Origin: Verrucomicrobiales bacterium
Lineage (GTDB): Bacteria; Verrucomicrobiota; Verrucomicrobiia; Verrucomicrobiales; V1-33
Assembly (NCBI GenBank): GCA_031411295.1
Contig: JANOAV010000044.1
Coordinates: forward strand, 5,946-69,945
Direction: 5' to 3'
Length of the DNA: 64,000 nucleotides
Each line of letters starts with the position of its first letter. Position 1 is the stretch's first letter. The notes beneath the pieces were generated by a model. It worked only from the letters and a program-made list of their open reading frames with translations. It had not been told where the DNA came from and ran no database searches. The translations under genes were made by a program, and so were the position numbers. Below, in pieces: positions 9,601-17,354 of the stretch.

Positions 9601-11855
9601 ACCTCAACGCCGCCGCGGGCGCGGTGCTGGCGGAGACGAGTGCCGGCTTTAACGCCGCCATCAAAAAAGGCGGCGTCGCCATCCAGACCGCCCTGACCAC
9701 GCCCACCTATCATTTTGGGCTGGCGTCCTCCATTAACGAAAACGTCACCGTGGGAACGGGGACGCCTTGGCTGGGGCTGAGCAGTCTCCCCGGCGTCGGG
9801 GTCAGCGGCGTAGTATACGGCGGGGCGACGGCGAATAACACCCTCACGGCCAACAGTGATTTCACTCTCCAAGGCATGACCCCTTCCGGCTCTGGAGGAA
9901 TCGGCCAGCCTAACTACTTATACCTCGGCTTCGGTGCAAGTGCGACGAACATCACCAAGATCGCCACACCCAATGGCAATGTGAACGCCAACATCGTGGG
10001 GGGCGTATTTCTGTGGAACGACAACAGCCAGTATGGCTCGGCCGGGAACAAGGTAACCTTCCAAGTCTCCTCCGGGGCCTCGCTAGGTGCTGCGACTGCG
10101 AATGCGCAAGGCGTCGTCGCTGGAGCGGCGACCGCCCCGGCCAGCATCGTGGTGCAAAATGGCGGCACGGTTTTCCCAAGCGATCCCAACGCCTTCAATG
10201 GCAGCGTGACGATCCAGCCCGGCGGCACATTCAGCCATGGCCAATCCACGCTCACCGGAACGGGAACCATCACCCACTCGAATGGCTCGATCCTCTCTTT
10301 GTCAAGCGCGACGGCGGTCAGCGGCGCTACCCAGTCCCTCGGCACCCTCCCCGGCACCATCGTGCGCATGTATAACTACTATGGGTATACGCCCGGAACG
10401 AGCACGCTGGGAGTCACGCAATTCGACAGCGGCCTGAACGATGCCGCCGTCTATAACGTCTTGAGTTTCGGAGCCATGGGGAATGCGGCGTCGGCGACCG
10501 ATTCCTTGTTCACGCTCAGTGCCAATGGTGGCATCGGGGGCGTGCTCACCGCTGCGCCGAACAGCGGCCTGAGTGCGGCGACGGGCGTCGTTGCGGTCGG
10601 CCCCGGAGGAGGGACGTTCGCCGGAGCCAACGGCAGTTCCTTCTATATGAATGAGAACTTCGCCCTCGGAGCCAACACGCTGACCATCGGTTCAGCGCAA
10701 TCCTACGATGGCTACCAGCGACTGGGCGGAGTTTATCTCTACTCCACTGCCGGCACCAACACCGGCAGCGCCGGGAGCGTCATCTCGGTCATCAATGGAG
10801 CCTACCTCCAGTTCGGCGATGCCGGGCAGATCCCCGACGCCACCCGCCTGACCGTCAATAGCGGCGGCTATGTGTATCTGAATGGCTCCGAAACCGTGGA
10901 GTCGCTGACCGGTGCGGGCTCCATCTACAACTACTACGGCCCCGCCACCCTGACGCTCGCTCCCACCACCACCGACGCCAACTTCTCCGGCACCCTCTAC
11001 TCCTCGACCCCGGCCAACCTCGCCCTGACCAAGACCGGCACCGGCACGCAGACCCTCTCCGGCGCGAACACTTATACTGGCGCGACCCTCATTCAAGGGG
11101 GGACACTGTTGCTGAGCGGAGCGGGAGCGCTGGCGGACACTACTGATGTTAGTTTGACCGCCAGTTCCTCGTTCAGCATTGCGGGCATCAACGCCGCCAG
11201 TGAAACGGTGGGCTCGCTGTCCGGCGTGAGTGGCTCCTCGGTGGATCTGGGAGGCAAAAATCTGACGGTCAGTAACAATGCGAATTTCACGTTTTCCGGA
11301 GTTGCCTCAGGTAGTGGCGGCAGTCTGACCAAAGCAGGCACGGGGATCATGACCCTGAGCGGAAACAACACTTACAGCGGAGGCACGAATCTGACCGGTG
11401 GCACCCTGCTGATGGGAGCCAGCAATGTGCTGCCGAATACCGCGACCCTGAACCTCAGCTCCGGCACCAAGCTGGACACTGGCGGCTTCAGCGACACCAC
11501 GGGCGCCCTCAGTGTCACCGGCCCTGCGGTGATGGATCTGGGAACTAGTGCTGGTTCCCAGCTAACATTTAGTAACGTGGGAACCTGGAGCAGTCTCCTC
11601 AGTGTCTGGAATTACACGGGTGCCCCGTGGACGCCGGGGACGGATAAGCTGATCTTTACCAGCGGAAGCAACACCATCAACCTCGCCAACGTCCAGTTCT
11701 TCAGCGACAACGGGCTGACGCAGATCGGCACCGGCGGCGGCGGGCTTATCGGCAATGAACTGGTGCCGGTGCCGGAGCCAGGAGCCGTGTTGGGTGGCGG
11801 GGTGCTGCTGGCCTTGGTAGGCTGGCGGGAACGGCGGCGGCGGGCCACTGTTTAA
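3696..11855 (+). CDS. Giant (2,719 aa) autotransporter-associated beta-strand-repeat (PATR) surface protein with a C-terminal PEP-CTERM anchor
   Basis: ATG at 3696, in frame inside ORF 3681..11855. Signal peptide MKSNTPHRRRRHHLCLLMLPALW. N-terminal W.GGG...W....NW motif. Dozens of copies of G(T/A)LTLSGANTY(T/S)GATT(V/I)SAGTL. C-terminus is VPVPEPGAVLGGGVLLALVGWRERRRR. Confidence 0.9.
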   Translation: MKSNTPHRRRRHHLCLLMLPALWQIGQPLRANNTWDGGGGATFLWSNNANWGLDTAPGFGTLIFTGAVGNTNIMDANYSMNQLNWNGSSAWVLNNSGGSVLSLFDNGGTQAKLESLGTGGVTINAPVTFAATAGAAWGKINAVSSSMTFGSGGTLTVNGSAVAGIRLFGGSGAIATTFNNTVSATGKYFATSATGQTVNIGGSFTAANFYLMNTGTLNLNTGGNLNGTAVRLGGDFATTGTQNLALGATFNLTPAPGGLTFAGVVNSVASNTSGALVVNSQNTSGTNTLSNQIALDSALKITQAAGGTLAITQVKGGDNTTGTDLKGNTLTFAPAATGAINHSGTIYNSTGTGSVTLNGAGTLTLSGANTYSGATTVSAGTLSAANIVVSAGNSNLGNTSSAVVLGDASNQGTLSYTGGAATYTRGFTINAGGGQLTNAGSGTLTVATGGIAAGGAFTVGGASGKDITISSAISSTGGLIKTGADTLTLSNTGNSFSGGVTLGASVGTIIANAIGGTNATGLGTGAVAIGTGSTVELKTTSASTAIVINNTFTGTGLLKVTSTGDSGAPNNNLNGINGFSGTVELANDGGAGRGKLAGTINAPNATLQIDSGSQIYVGFFGAQTYKDIKVSGAGNGENLGAIRFDSNRTLTVSGSVSLLGDTTIAAGGFTGDGTLSGKITSGAAGTQTLTLGTASAVNNVTLNGDIGGGTGTIALTKTTASTVILLGANTYTGATLISAGTLQLGNGATTGSLSTSSAITNNGTLAFNRSNTVTQGTDFASVISGSGAVTQIGTGTTIFSGANTYTGATTISAGTLSVATIGNGGVSGNLGAASNAAANLVFDGGTLQYTGATASTDRNFTVNAGKTATFDITTNNLTVSGASTASNGALTKTGTGTLTLSGANTYTGATTVSQGTLVLNNNSAAGGFAAGTITLGNGATGNSNVELQFGSGVSGFDLTLPNGSGVRRVNPITVANTGSSGTATIAFRQDASAYIYTDLTLNRATVLTSDSSSRQARGWVGRITGSGAGVGNDTVIYDAGVNNWLEFAPKSTGVSGTTPANTFSGNLRVKSGNLEVANVSYLGDVPANSNLMIPDAASVTVDAGAALIFVWGDETFDALNGGGSIARNTGDGQGIRTLTIGASGGSGNFSGAIAATTLGAETFQPGVNITKTGSGTQIFSGANTYTGATTVSAGVLRLNGATSLPGGIDTTVGAGESALTLNGGVLGLGAGNFTRNLGTGAGQVQINAGGGGFAAYTADRLVNLGGATATVTWASGSFVPTGSNLILGAADATHTVTFQNPINFNAATRTVQVDNGAATVDAILSGALSNGGLTKTGEGSLTLSGANTYTGATTISAGTLSVGTIGNGGVASGNLGSASSAAANLVFDVGTLQYTGATASTDRNFTINAGKTATFDIATAATNLTVSGASTATTGALTKIGAGTLTLSGFNTFTGAVQVNAETLNIFNDANLGTGITVTLAGGTLLSSSTWLSHPLAISTASTIDTAYGFTTTDNAALTGSGTLTKTGGGTFSLISGSGNTFSGNITLATNGGTLQIGGTPASNPAGGATLGSLTSANTLTVNRGATFNIEDNASFTSFTDRLGSAGNRPAVSLNGGTLSLNGVNFAAVTTQTLGALTLASGASTINVTRNTSGTPELIFSSLSKTSGAFANYTGTALGNGTNDGRILFTSAPTLIGGGGAANSPTISILPGARSGNDLVTYDAVNGIRPLVLAEYNAVAGNNITGAGATQNVNISNATPTAFTALSGAKTINSLVITAPAVSTWAMGNTLTLTSGQFIHSAASAHTLNISSGTLTAGTGAVGTVDLDLSILNSTVTLGANVNNNASTVVGLVKNGAGSLSLNNTADSTYSGSTFVNEGTLTTGITASRRYLGTGAVTVNAGGILSLGAIGATSFSGSIGSPTYTARTGGQIQIANAVPAVNEFFKIESGAAIINAGTTSAGGLDLNTNLNAAAGAVLAETSAGFNAAIKKGGVAIQTALTTPTYHFGLASSINENVTVGTGTPWLGLSSLPGVGVSGVVYGGATANNTLTANSDFTLQGMTPSGSGGIGQPNYLYLGFGASATNITKIATPNGNVNANIVGGVFLWNDNSQYGSAGNKVTFQVSSGASLGAATANAQGVVAGAATAPASIVVQNGGTVFPSDPNAFNGSVTIQPGGTFSHGQSTLTGTGTITHSNGSILSLSSATAVSGATQSLGTLPGTIVRMYNYYGYTPGTSTLGVTQFDSGLNDAAVYNVLSFGAMGNAASATDSLFTLSANGGIGGVLTAAPNSGLSAATGVVAVGPGGGTFAGANGSSFYMNENFALGANTLTIGSAQSYDGYQRLGGVYLYSTAGTNTGSAGSVISVINGAYLQFGDAGQIPDATRLTVNSGGYVYLNGSETVESLTGAGSIYNYYGPATLTLAPTTTDANFSGTLYSSTPANLALTKTGTGTQTLSGANTYTGATLIQGGTLLLSGAGALADTTDVSLTASSSFSIAGINAASETVGSLSGVSGSSVDLGGKNLTVSNNANFTFSGVASGSGGSLTKAGTGIMTLSGNNTYSGGTNLTGGTLLMGASNVLPNTATLNLSSGTKLDTGGFSDTTGALSVTGPAVMDLGTSAGSQLTFSNVGTWSSLLSVWNYTGAPWTPGTDKLIFTSGSNTINLANVQFFSDNGLTQIGTGGGGLIGNELVPVPEPGAVLGGGVLLALVGWRERRRRATV
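6095..6420 (+). repeat. Internal duplication within the PATR gene, copy 1
   Basis: A block of about 325 bp (…NLVFDGGTLQYTGATASTDRNFTVNAGKTATFDI…) recurs at 7725-8050. It contains runs of more than 50 identical nucleotides (ggcacgctgcaatacaccggagctacggccagcacggatcgcaacttcacg). Confidence 0.8.
7725..8050 (+). repeat. Internal duplication within the PATR gene, copy 2
   Basis: Partner of the 6095-6420 block. Same amino-acid block, with few substitutions. Confidence 0.8.
11760..11852 (+). other. PEP-CTERM sorting signal (predicted exosortase recognition region)
   Basis: LVPVPEPGAVLGGGVLLALVGWRERRRRATV: a VPEP motif, a hydrophobic helix and an Arg cluster at the extreme C-terminus. Confidence 0.85.
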
Positions 11856-12007
11856 ATCATTTCCAGTTTAAATTGAGTGAGCAGCCCAGCGGGCAGTTCC
11901 ACATTCTTCCTGACGTCGGCCGCCACGGTTTAGCTTGGATGTCTCCAAGCTTCCGTCAGAAATGCAAAGGCTTGACAGTGGGTGGAAATTTCGCCACTGA
12001 GTGGAGT

Positions 12008-12433
12008 ATGATTCCAGTTCGTCCAATTTCGTTCCTCGCTTTGTTGTGCGCTCTTCTGAGCGCCTCCTGTTCTGCCACCTACCATGCGGCGGGTAAGGTG
12101 ACCAAACGTGGCTCCGTGCAGGTGACGCATGATTCCAAGGATTCGGGCGATGCCAAGGTGAAGGCGGCCCTCCGGAAGGAATTTATCACACGTGGGTTCA
12201 CGCTAACGGAATCCAATCAGAGTGATTTTGTGGCCAGCTTCAAGGATGTCTGGCGTTTCGATGTGCTGATGTATTTGAGCCGACTGGAACTCCGGCTCAC
12301 GGAACGTCGTTCCGGGACGGTGCAGGCGGAAGCCTCGTATGGGAACTCGGGAGTGCATTTGGATCGCTCGGTGGAGAAGGTGGTTAGCAAACTTTTCGAG
12401 CAACTGGATCAACAAGGTGTTTTTGGTGGTTAG
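12008..12433 (+). CDS. Small secreted or lipoprotein-like hypothetical protein
   Basis: The internal ATG at 12008 gives MIPVRPISFLALLCALLSASCSATY, a signal peptide with Cys. No family recognised. Confidence 0.55.
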   Translation: MIPVRPISFLALLCALLSASCSATYHAAGKVTKRGSVQVTHDSKDSGDAKVKAALRKEFITRGFTLTESNQSDFVASFKDVWRFDVLMYLSRLELRLTERRSGTVQAEASYGNSGVHLDRSVEKVVSKLFEQLDQQGVFGG

Positions 12434-12453
12434 CGGACCACCTCCAAGGGTTC

Positions 12454-12969
12454 ATGATGCTATCCCTCATCGCTGCGGTCTCGGAGGATGGGTTCATCGG
12501 CCAGGATGGTAAAATCCCGTGGTCCCTGCCGCGCGATGTAGCTCATTTCCGGCAGTATTGTGCCGGGAAATGGTTGTTGCTAGGGAGGCGAACGTATGAG
12601 GAAATGAGCGGTTGGTTCCGGGATCATCATCCGCTGATTCTGACGCGCAATAAATCGTTCCAGCCGAGTGTGGGAACCCGGGTGGCGAGCGTGGGGGAGG
12701 CTCTGGAGTTGGCTCGGAAGCAGTCGGTGCCGGAGTTAGTGGTGCTTGGGGGTGGGGAAATTTTCGCGCTGGCAATGCCGTTGGCACAACGGTTGATTTT
12801 GACCACGGTGCATACTAAGGTGGGCCGCGGCACGCGATTTCCAGACTGGGTGGCCCCGGACTGGCGCTGTTTGCAGCAGGAAACTTTCCTGCCAGACGAC
12901 CAGCACGCGTTTCGGCATACCATCGCCACCTATCAACGAATCCCCCCTATCACCCCAGACCAAACATGA
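12454..12969 (+). CDS. folA: Dihydrofolate reductase
   Basis: LSLIAAVSEDGFIGQDGKIPWSLPRDVAHFRQYCAGKWLLLGRRTYEEM matches the DHFR N-terminal signature. The size of about 170 aa fits. Confidence 0.9.
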   Translation: MMLSLIAAVSEDGFIGQDGKIPWSLPRDVAHFRQYCAGKWLLLGRRTYEEMSGWFRDHHPLILTRNKSFQPSVGTRVASVGEALELARKQSVPELVVLGGGEIFALAMPLAQRLILTTVHTKVGRGTRFPDWVAPDWRCLQQETFLPDDQHAFRHTIATYQRIPPITPDQT

Positions 12970-13463
12970 AACGCCGCACCTTCCTAACCACCACTTCGCT
13001 TCTCGCAACGAGCCTTGCCGCTCAAGCGGCAGATCCCGCCAAGCCTGGCAAGCCCACCTCTGGCAAGGTGGTGAAGACCGAGGAAGAATGGAAGCAACAG
13101 CTCACCGAGTTGCAATTCAAAGTGACTCGCAAGCATGGCACCGAACCCGCTTTCAAAAATGAATACGCCGACAATCACGCCAAGGGCATCTACACCTGCG
13201 TGTGCTGTAGCCAGGAGCTTTATAGTTCCGAAGCCAAGTTTGAAAGCGGCACCGGTTGGCCCAGTTTCTTTCAACCGATCGCGCCCGAAAAAATCGGCAC
13301 CACGGTGGACAAGAAACTGTTCTACGAGCGCACCGAAGTTCATTGTTCGCGTTGTGATGCCCACTTGGGGCATGTCTTCAAGGATGCTCCTGCCACGCCC
13401 ACGGGCATGCGCTACTGCATGAATTCGGCAGCGATGAAATTTATCCCAGCCAAGGCGAAATAG
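12966..13463 (+). CDS. msrB: Peptide-methionine (R)-S-oxide reductase MsrB with a twin-arginine signal peptide
   Basis: ATGA start/stop overlap with folA. N-terminus MKRRTFLTTTSLLATSLAAQA is Tat-like. Two CxxC pairs (CVCC, CSRC). GTGWPSFF and RYCMNS MsrB motifs. Confidence 0.9.
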   Translation: MKRRTFLTTTSLLATSLAAQAADPAKPGKPTSGKVVKTEEEWKQQLTELQFKVTRKHGTEPAFKNEYADNHAKGIYTCVCCSQELYSSEAKFESGTGWPSFFQPIAPEKIGTTVDKKLFYERTEVHCSRCDAHLGHVFKDAPATPTGMRYCMNSAAMKFIPAKAK

Positions 13464-13475
13464 CGTTTCGCCTGC

Positions 13476-14339
13476 ATGGAGTTGCATTGTCGCCAGCGGA
13501 TCATCGCGTTTCCCCGTCGCCCTTTGGTGATGGGGATTGTCAATATCAACGACGACTCCTTTTGCGGAGACGGCACGCTGGATATTTCCGCAGCCATGGA
13601 GCAGGCCCAGCGCATGGTGGCGGATGGGGCGGATATCATTGATGTGGGCGCTGAGAGTGCCCGAACGAATCGGGGGCCCATCTCCGTAGCCGATGAAATT
13701 GCCCGCTTGGAACCATTCATCACAGCCTTCCATGCGGCCGAGTGGTCTGCTCCGGCGGATGCAGCGCAGGTCTATCCACCGTTGCTTTCCATTAATACCT
13801 GGCGACCTGAAGTAGCGGCTGCGCTGTTACCACTCGGAGTAGATATCCTCAATGATCTGAGCGCCCTGCCAGATCAGGTGCCTGCGCAACTTTGCCGGGA
13901 ACATCAGACGGCTTTGTTGATTATGCATACCGTGGGGCAGCCGAAAGTGGCTCACACGCACGTGGGGTATGAGGATATCTGGGCGACGTTGGTGGCCTTT
14001 TTCTCGGAGAAATTGGAGTTAGCTAGGTCGGCTGGCTTGACGAAATCGCAGGTGATACTCGATCCTGGCATCGATTTCGCGAAGCAACGCGATGATAATT
14101 TACGTATTTATGCCGGACTCCAACAGTTGCAGCAATTCGACGTGCCCGTGTTGCTGCCGGTTTCCCGTAAAAGTGTGATTGGTCACGTGCTGGGTATCTC
14201 CGCCCCCACCGAGCGGGATGCCGGCACCGTAGCCTGCATCCAAATGGGCCTTGCCAAGGGAGCCCACATTTTCCGGGTTCATAACGTGGCGGCAGCGTAT
14301 CAGTCGATTAAGCTGCTGGATTGGTTGGCGCGGGCTTGA
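13476..14339 (+). CDS. folP: Dihydropteroate synthase
   Basis: LVMGIVNINDDSFCGDG and DGADIIDVGAESARTN are pterin-binding DHPS motifs. About 287 aa. Confidence 0.88.
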   Translation: MELHCRQRIIAFPRRPLVMGIVNINDDSFCGDGTLDISAAMEQAQRMVADGADIIDVGAESARTNRGPISVADEIARLEPFITAFHAAEWSAPADAAQVYPPLLSINTWRPEVAAALLPLGVDILNDLSALPDQVPAQLCREHQTALLIMHTVGQPKVAHTHVGYEDIWATLVAFFSEKLELARSAGLTKSQVILDPGIDFAKQRDDNLRIYAGLQQLQQFDVPVLLPVSRKSVIGHVLGISAPTERDAGTVACIQMGLAKGAHIFRVHNVAAAYQSIKLLDWLARA

Positions 14340-14382
14340 AAATGAGGTTGCTTTGCCCGCAGCGGTGGACTTGATTTGGCCC

Positions 14383-15096
14383 ATGAAAAAATCTGCGCAT
14401 CTGCTCTGGGGATTGATGCTGGTGCTAATAGCCGGGCTGGTGGGGTGGGCCGTTCGTTCCCGTGGGCCCGCAGTTCCGACTGGCAGCGTGACTCGGGCGG
14501 AAGTGCTGGCGCTGGCGGAGCGTTATGTGCAGCATGTATGGCGGGGCGGTCCGGAGCACATTTTCCATGGCCTAGATCCACAAGGCGTGCGGGTGGATAC
14601 TCCGGATGCGGCCTTCCAACCTCAGAACGGTCAGGGTTGGTGGCGGACGGACGTGGAAAATGTCGGCATACCCTACAAGTGGGGAGGATTCGATTTACCC
14701 GAAGAATTCGCAACCGGACTGAGAGCCGGGCGCTATGCGGGGGACTGCGGCAGTGCGGAGAAACGCCGTTTGCTCGATGATGCGGTCAGTTCGTCCGCCG
14801 TGGGGATCGATTGCAGCGGTTTTGTTTCGCGTTGCTGGAAGTTGCCGCGGAGTTATTCCACGCGGGAGTTGCCGCAGCTGTGCGATCCCATCACGGATCT
14901 GACGAAATTAGAGCCGGGCGATATTTTCAATCGTCACAATGCCCACGTGATGCTCTTTGCAGGATGGGTGGACGCAGACCATACGCTGATCAGCGTTTAT
15001 GAGGCAAACGAGAAAGTCAGCCGCACCGAGCACGCAGTGGCGAAGCTGTTGCAGGATGGTTTCAGTGCCTGGCGTTACCGAGAGATGCGGGATTAG
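14383..15096 (+). CDS. NlpC/P60 (C40)-like cysteine peptidase, membrane-anchored
   Basis: Start chosen at MKKSAHLLWGLMLVLIAGLVGW (signal/anchor). IDCSGFVSRCW carries the catalytic-Cys motif. A downstream HVMLFAGW His motif is present. Confidence 0.6.
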   Translation: MKKSAHLLWGLMLVLIAGLVGWAVRSRGPAVPTGSVTRAEVLALAERYVQHVWRGGPEHIFHGLDPQGVRVDTPDAAFQPQNGQGWWRTDVENVGIPYKWGGFDLPEEFATGLRAGRYAGDCGSAEKRRLLDDAVSSSAVGIDCSGFVSRCWKLPRSYSTRELPQLCDPITDLTKLEPGDIFNRHNAHVMLFAGWVDADHTLISVYEANEKVSRTEHAVAKLLQDGFSAWRYREMRD

Positions 15097-16034
15097 GTTA
15101 GATTGGGCGCACTCCCACTCTCCCGCAATTCCCGCAGCGTGGTGCTGAAGGCACTCAAGTCGGAAATGATGCGGGCGTTCATCGCGATCAAGGTCGATTC
15201 GTAGTAGGCTAGATTAGGTCCGCCTACGAAGACTTTGACCGTTGCTGGCAGCAACTTGGCCAACTGCTGCAGGTCCTCCGCCAGAGCTGGGTCATCCAGT
15301 GGGTAAATGATGCTCAGTGCCAGAACGGAAGCGTTATTTCTCATGCAAGCATGGGCTAGTTCTTCAGACGGCAGACTGGGTCCCAGATAAATCACATCCC
15401 ATCCCGCCTTGCGGGCCAGGGCGGCGGAAATGACGGCACCCAACTCATGGAGTTGCCCCCGCGGCGTGCCCACCACCAGTCTGGGGGCAGAGGTGGAAGG
15501 AATCATCGACTGCGCCCGCTGCGCCAAGTAATCGCGGATCGCAGCGCTGGCAAAATGCTCCTGGCTTGCCGTCAAGTCACCAGCGGCCCACATTTCCCCG
15601 ATCTTCCTCAGAAAACGCAGCAACATTCGTTCCAAGACCCCGCTGGCCCCCAATTGCAGCATCGCTTCATCCAAGCAGCGCACCAAATCCTTGCTGGAGA
15701 AATTCCGGGTTGCCTTCAGCGCTTGGTCAATCAATGCATCCTCGTCGAGCAGAGGCTCGGTGGAGGTCGGAGCAGCCACCACCAAACCGCCGCCTTCGAG
15801 CAATCGCGTCAATTCAGGATCGCTCAGCGGCACCAAATTACTGATCGAGAAGCCCCGCTGCGTCAATTGACTCAACAGGGCGAGCCGGGCGACATCCTCC
15901 TCTGAATACATCCGTCGGGCACTCGCAGTGCGGGCAGGCGTGACTGCGCCATAGCGTTTTTCCCAGATTCGAATCACATGCGCACTGAGTCCAGTGCGCA
16001 TGCTAACTGCTTTGATGTTGTGCAAATAATCCAT
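15093..16034 (-). CDS. carH: MerR-family, B12-dependent light-sensing transcriptional regulator (CarH/LitR type)
   Basis: The N-terminal MerR HTH (IKAVSMRTGLSAHVIRIWEKRYG) favours the start at 16034. W-x9-E-H signature (MWAAGDLTASQEH). B12-binding Rossmann domain with an x-H-x-x-G motif (GQLHELGAVI). Longer alternative starts exist at 16097 and 16109. Confidence 0.8.
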   Translation of the reverse strand: MDYLHNIKAVSMRTGLSAHVIRIWEKRYGAVTPARTASARRMYSEEDVARLALLSQLTQRGFSISNLVPLSDPELTRLLEGGGLVVAAPTSTEPLLDEDALIDQALKATRNFSSKDLVRCLDEAMLQLGASGVLERMLLRFLRKIGEMWAAGDLTASQEHFASAAIRDYLAQRAQSMIPSTSAPRLVVGTPRGQLHELGAVISAALARKAGWDVIYLGPSLPSEELAHACMRNNASVLALSIIYPLDDPALAEDLQQLAKLLPATVKVFVGGPNLAYYESTLIAMNARIISDLSAFSTTLRELRESGSAPNLT

Positions 16035-16109
16035 TGGATGGTAGTATCTCGGGAGCCCCGCACCCGAAGGTGCTACGTCTAAATCACGATGTGGCATCCG
16101 TAAATCCAA

Positions 16110-16131
16110 AAATTCGACAAAAATTAGACAG
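16110..16131. promoter_or_regulatory. Candidate CarH operator: two tandem 11-bp direct repeats
   Basis: AAATTCGACAA and AAATTAGACAG are adjacent. Both fit nAnnTnnACAn, the CarH direct-repeat consensus as I recall it. A weaker CCA-containing copy lies just upstream. The site is in the divergent carH/desaturase intergenic region. Confidence 0.4.
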
Positions 16132-16235
16132 AGGTAGTCCGTTTGGGTTGCAAATCCGCTCTTGCTACCTGTCGTAAAGTAACTTAAAGGTCATGTAAGC
16201 CGCCTTTGCTTCGGCGGCCCTCGTTTCCTTTTTCC

Positions 16236-17351
16236 ATGATTACCGAAACCCTCGAATCTCCCACCGCTGTCGCTGCACAAGCCTCCGCTCCATCCCCAAC
16301 TACATCATCCGATCCCTTGAAAAACGGGGAATGGAAGAAAATCGTCTCCAAGTTCACCGTCCCCAGCCGAGGACGTGCCACGTGGCAATTGGTCAATACG
16401 CTGGTGCCATTCATCGCCTGCTGGGTGGCCATGTATTTCACCGTGGAAAAGTCGCTCCTCTTGACGGCCTTGTTCGTGCTCCTCGCAGGCGCGCTGTCGG
16501 TGCGGGTGTTCATCATTTTCCACGACTGTGGCCATGGCTCCTTCTTCAAATCGCGGAAGGTAAATGACGTGGTCGGATTCATCTGTGGCGTCTTTACCTT
16601 CACCCCCTACCTCCATTGGCGCTGGGAGCACGCGCTGCACCATGCTTCCTCTGGCGATCTGGATCGTCGTGGGGTGGGAGACATCTGGACGATGACCGTT
16701 GATGAGTATCTCAGCGCTTCGCGCGGCAAACGTCTGGCCTACCGCTTCATGCGTAATCCCATCATCCTGTTCGGCTTGGGCCCGCTTTATTTGTTCCTCG
16801 TGCAAATGCGCATTCCATCCAAGAAAGCCAGTCGGCGGGACCGCAATTCCGTCTGGTATATGAATATTGCCATTGCGCTCTTCATGATCCTCATGGGCAC
16901 CCTCTTCGGTTGGAAACATTATCTGCTGCTCCAAGTGGGCGTTACCCTGATTGCGGGAATCTCCGGCGTCTGGATGTTCTATGTGCAACATCAATACGAG
17001 GACGTTTACTGGGAGCACAATGACAACTGGGACTTCGCCACCGCCGCCCTCCACGGTAGTTCCTTCTACAAACTGCCCCGCATCCTCCAGTGGTTCACTG
17101 GCAACATCGGCTTCCACCACATTCACCACCTTAGCTCCCGGATCCCGAATTACCATCTGGAGCGCTGCCATAAGTCCCACCCACTTTTCAGCACCGTGGA
17201 GCCTCTCACCTTCTGGAAGAGCCTGAAATCTCTGACCTTCCGCCTGTTCGACGAATCCCAACGCAAGCTCGTGAGCTTCCGTCACATTCGCCATCTGCCG
17301 CGGAAACCCAAGTCTCAGGACACCACTGGCGGCACCCCCGCCAGCGCCTAG
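16236..17351 (+). CDS. Membrane fatty-acid desaturase (DesA-like, three His boxes)
   Basis: His boxes HDCGH, HALHH and HHIHH. Hydrophobic segments lie between the boxes. ATG at 16236, in frame within ORF 16206..17351. Confidence 0.88.
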   Translation: MITETLESPTAVAAQASAPSPTTSSDPLKNGEWKKIVSKFTVPSRGRATWQLVNTLVPFIACWVAMYFTVEKSLLLTALFVLLAGALSVRVFIIFHDCGHGSFFKSRKVNDVVGFICGVFTFTPYLHWRWEHALHHASSGDLDRRGVGDIWTMTVDEYLSASRGKRLAYRFMRNPIILFGLGPLYLFLVQMRIPSKKASRRDRNSVWYMNIAIALFMILMGTLFGWKHYLLLQVGVTLIAGISGVWMFYVQHQYEDVYWEHNDNWDFATAALHGSSFYKLPRILQWFTGNIGFHHIHHLSSRIPNYHLERCHKSHPLFSTVEPLTFWKSLKSLTFRLFDESQRKLVSFRHIRHLPRKPKSQDTTGGTPASA

Positions 17352-17354
17352 TTC

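Noticed and set aside
25-11855. Regular tandem repeats that could be mistaken for a CRISPR or satellite array.
   Set aside because: The repeats are in frame, about 285 bp (Ig-like) or about 75-100 bp (PATR) long, divergent at DNA level, and have no spacers. They are coding protein repeats.
12984-17294. Antisense ORFs 12984-13733 and 16305-17294.
   Set aside because: They lie opposite msrB/folP and the desaturase, which have definitive motifs. They are shadow ORFs.
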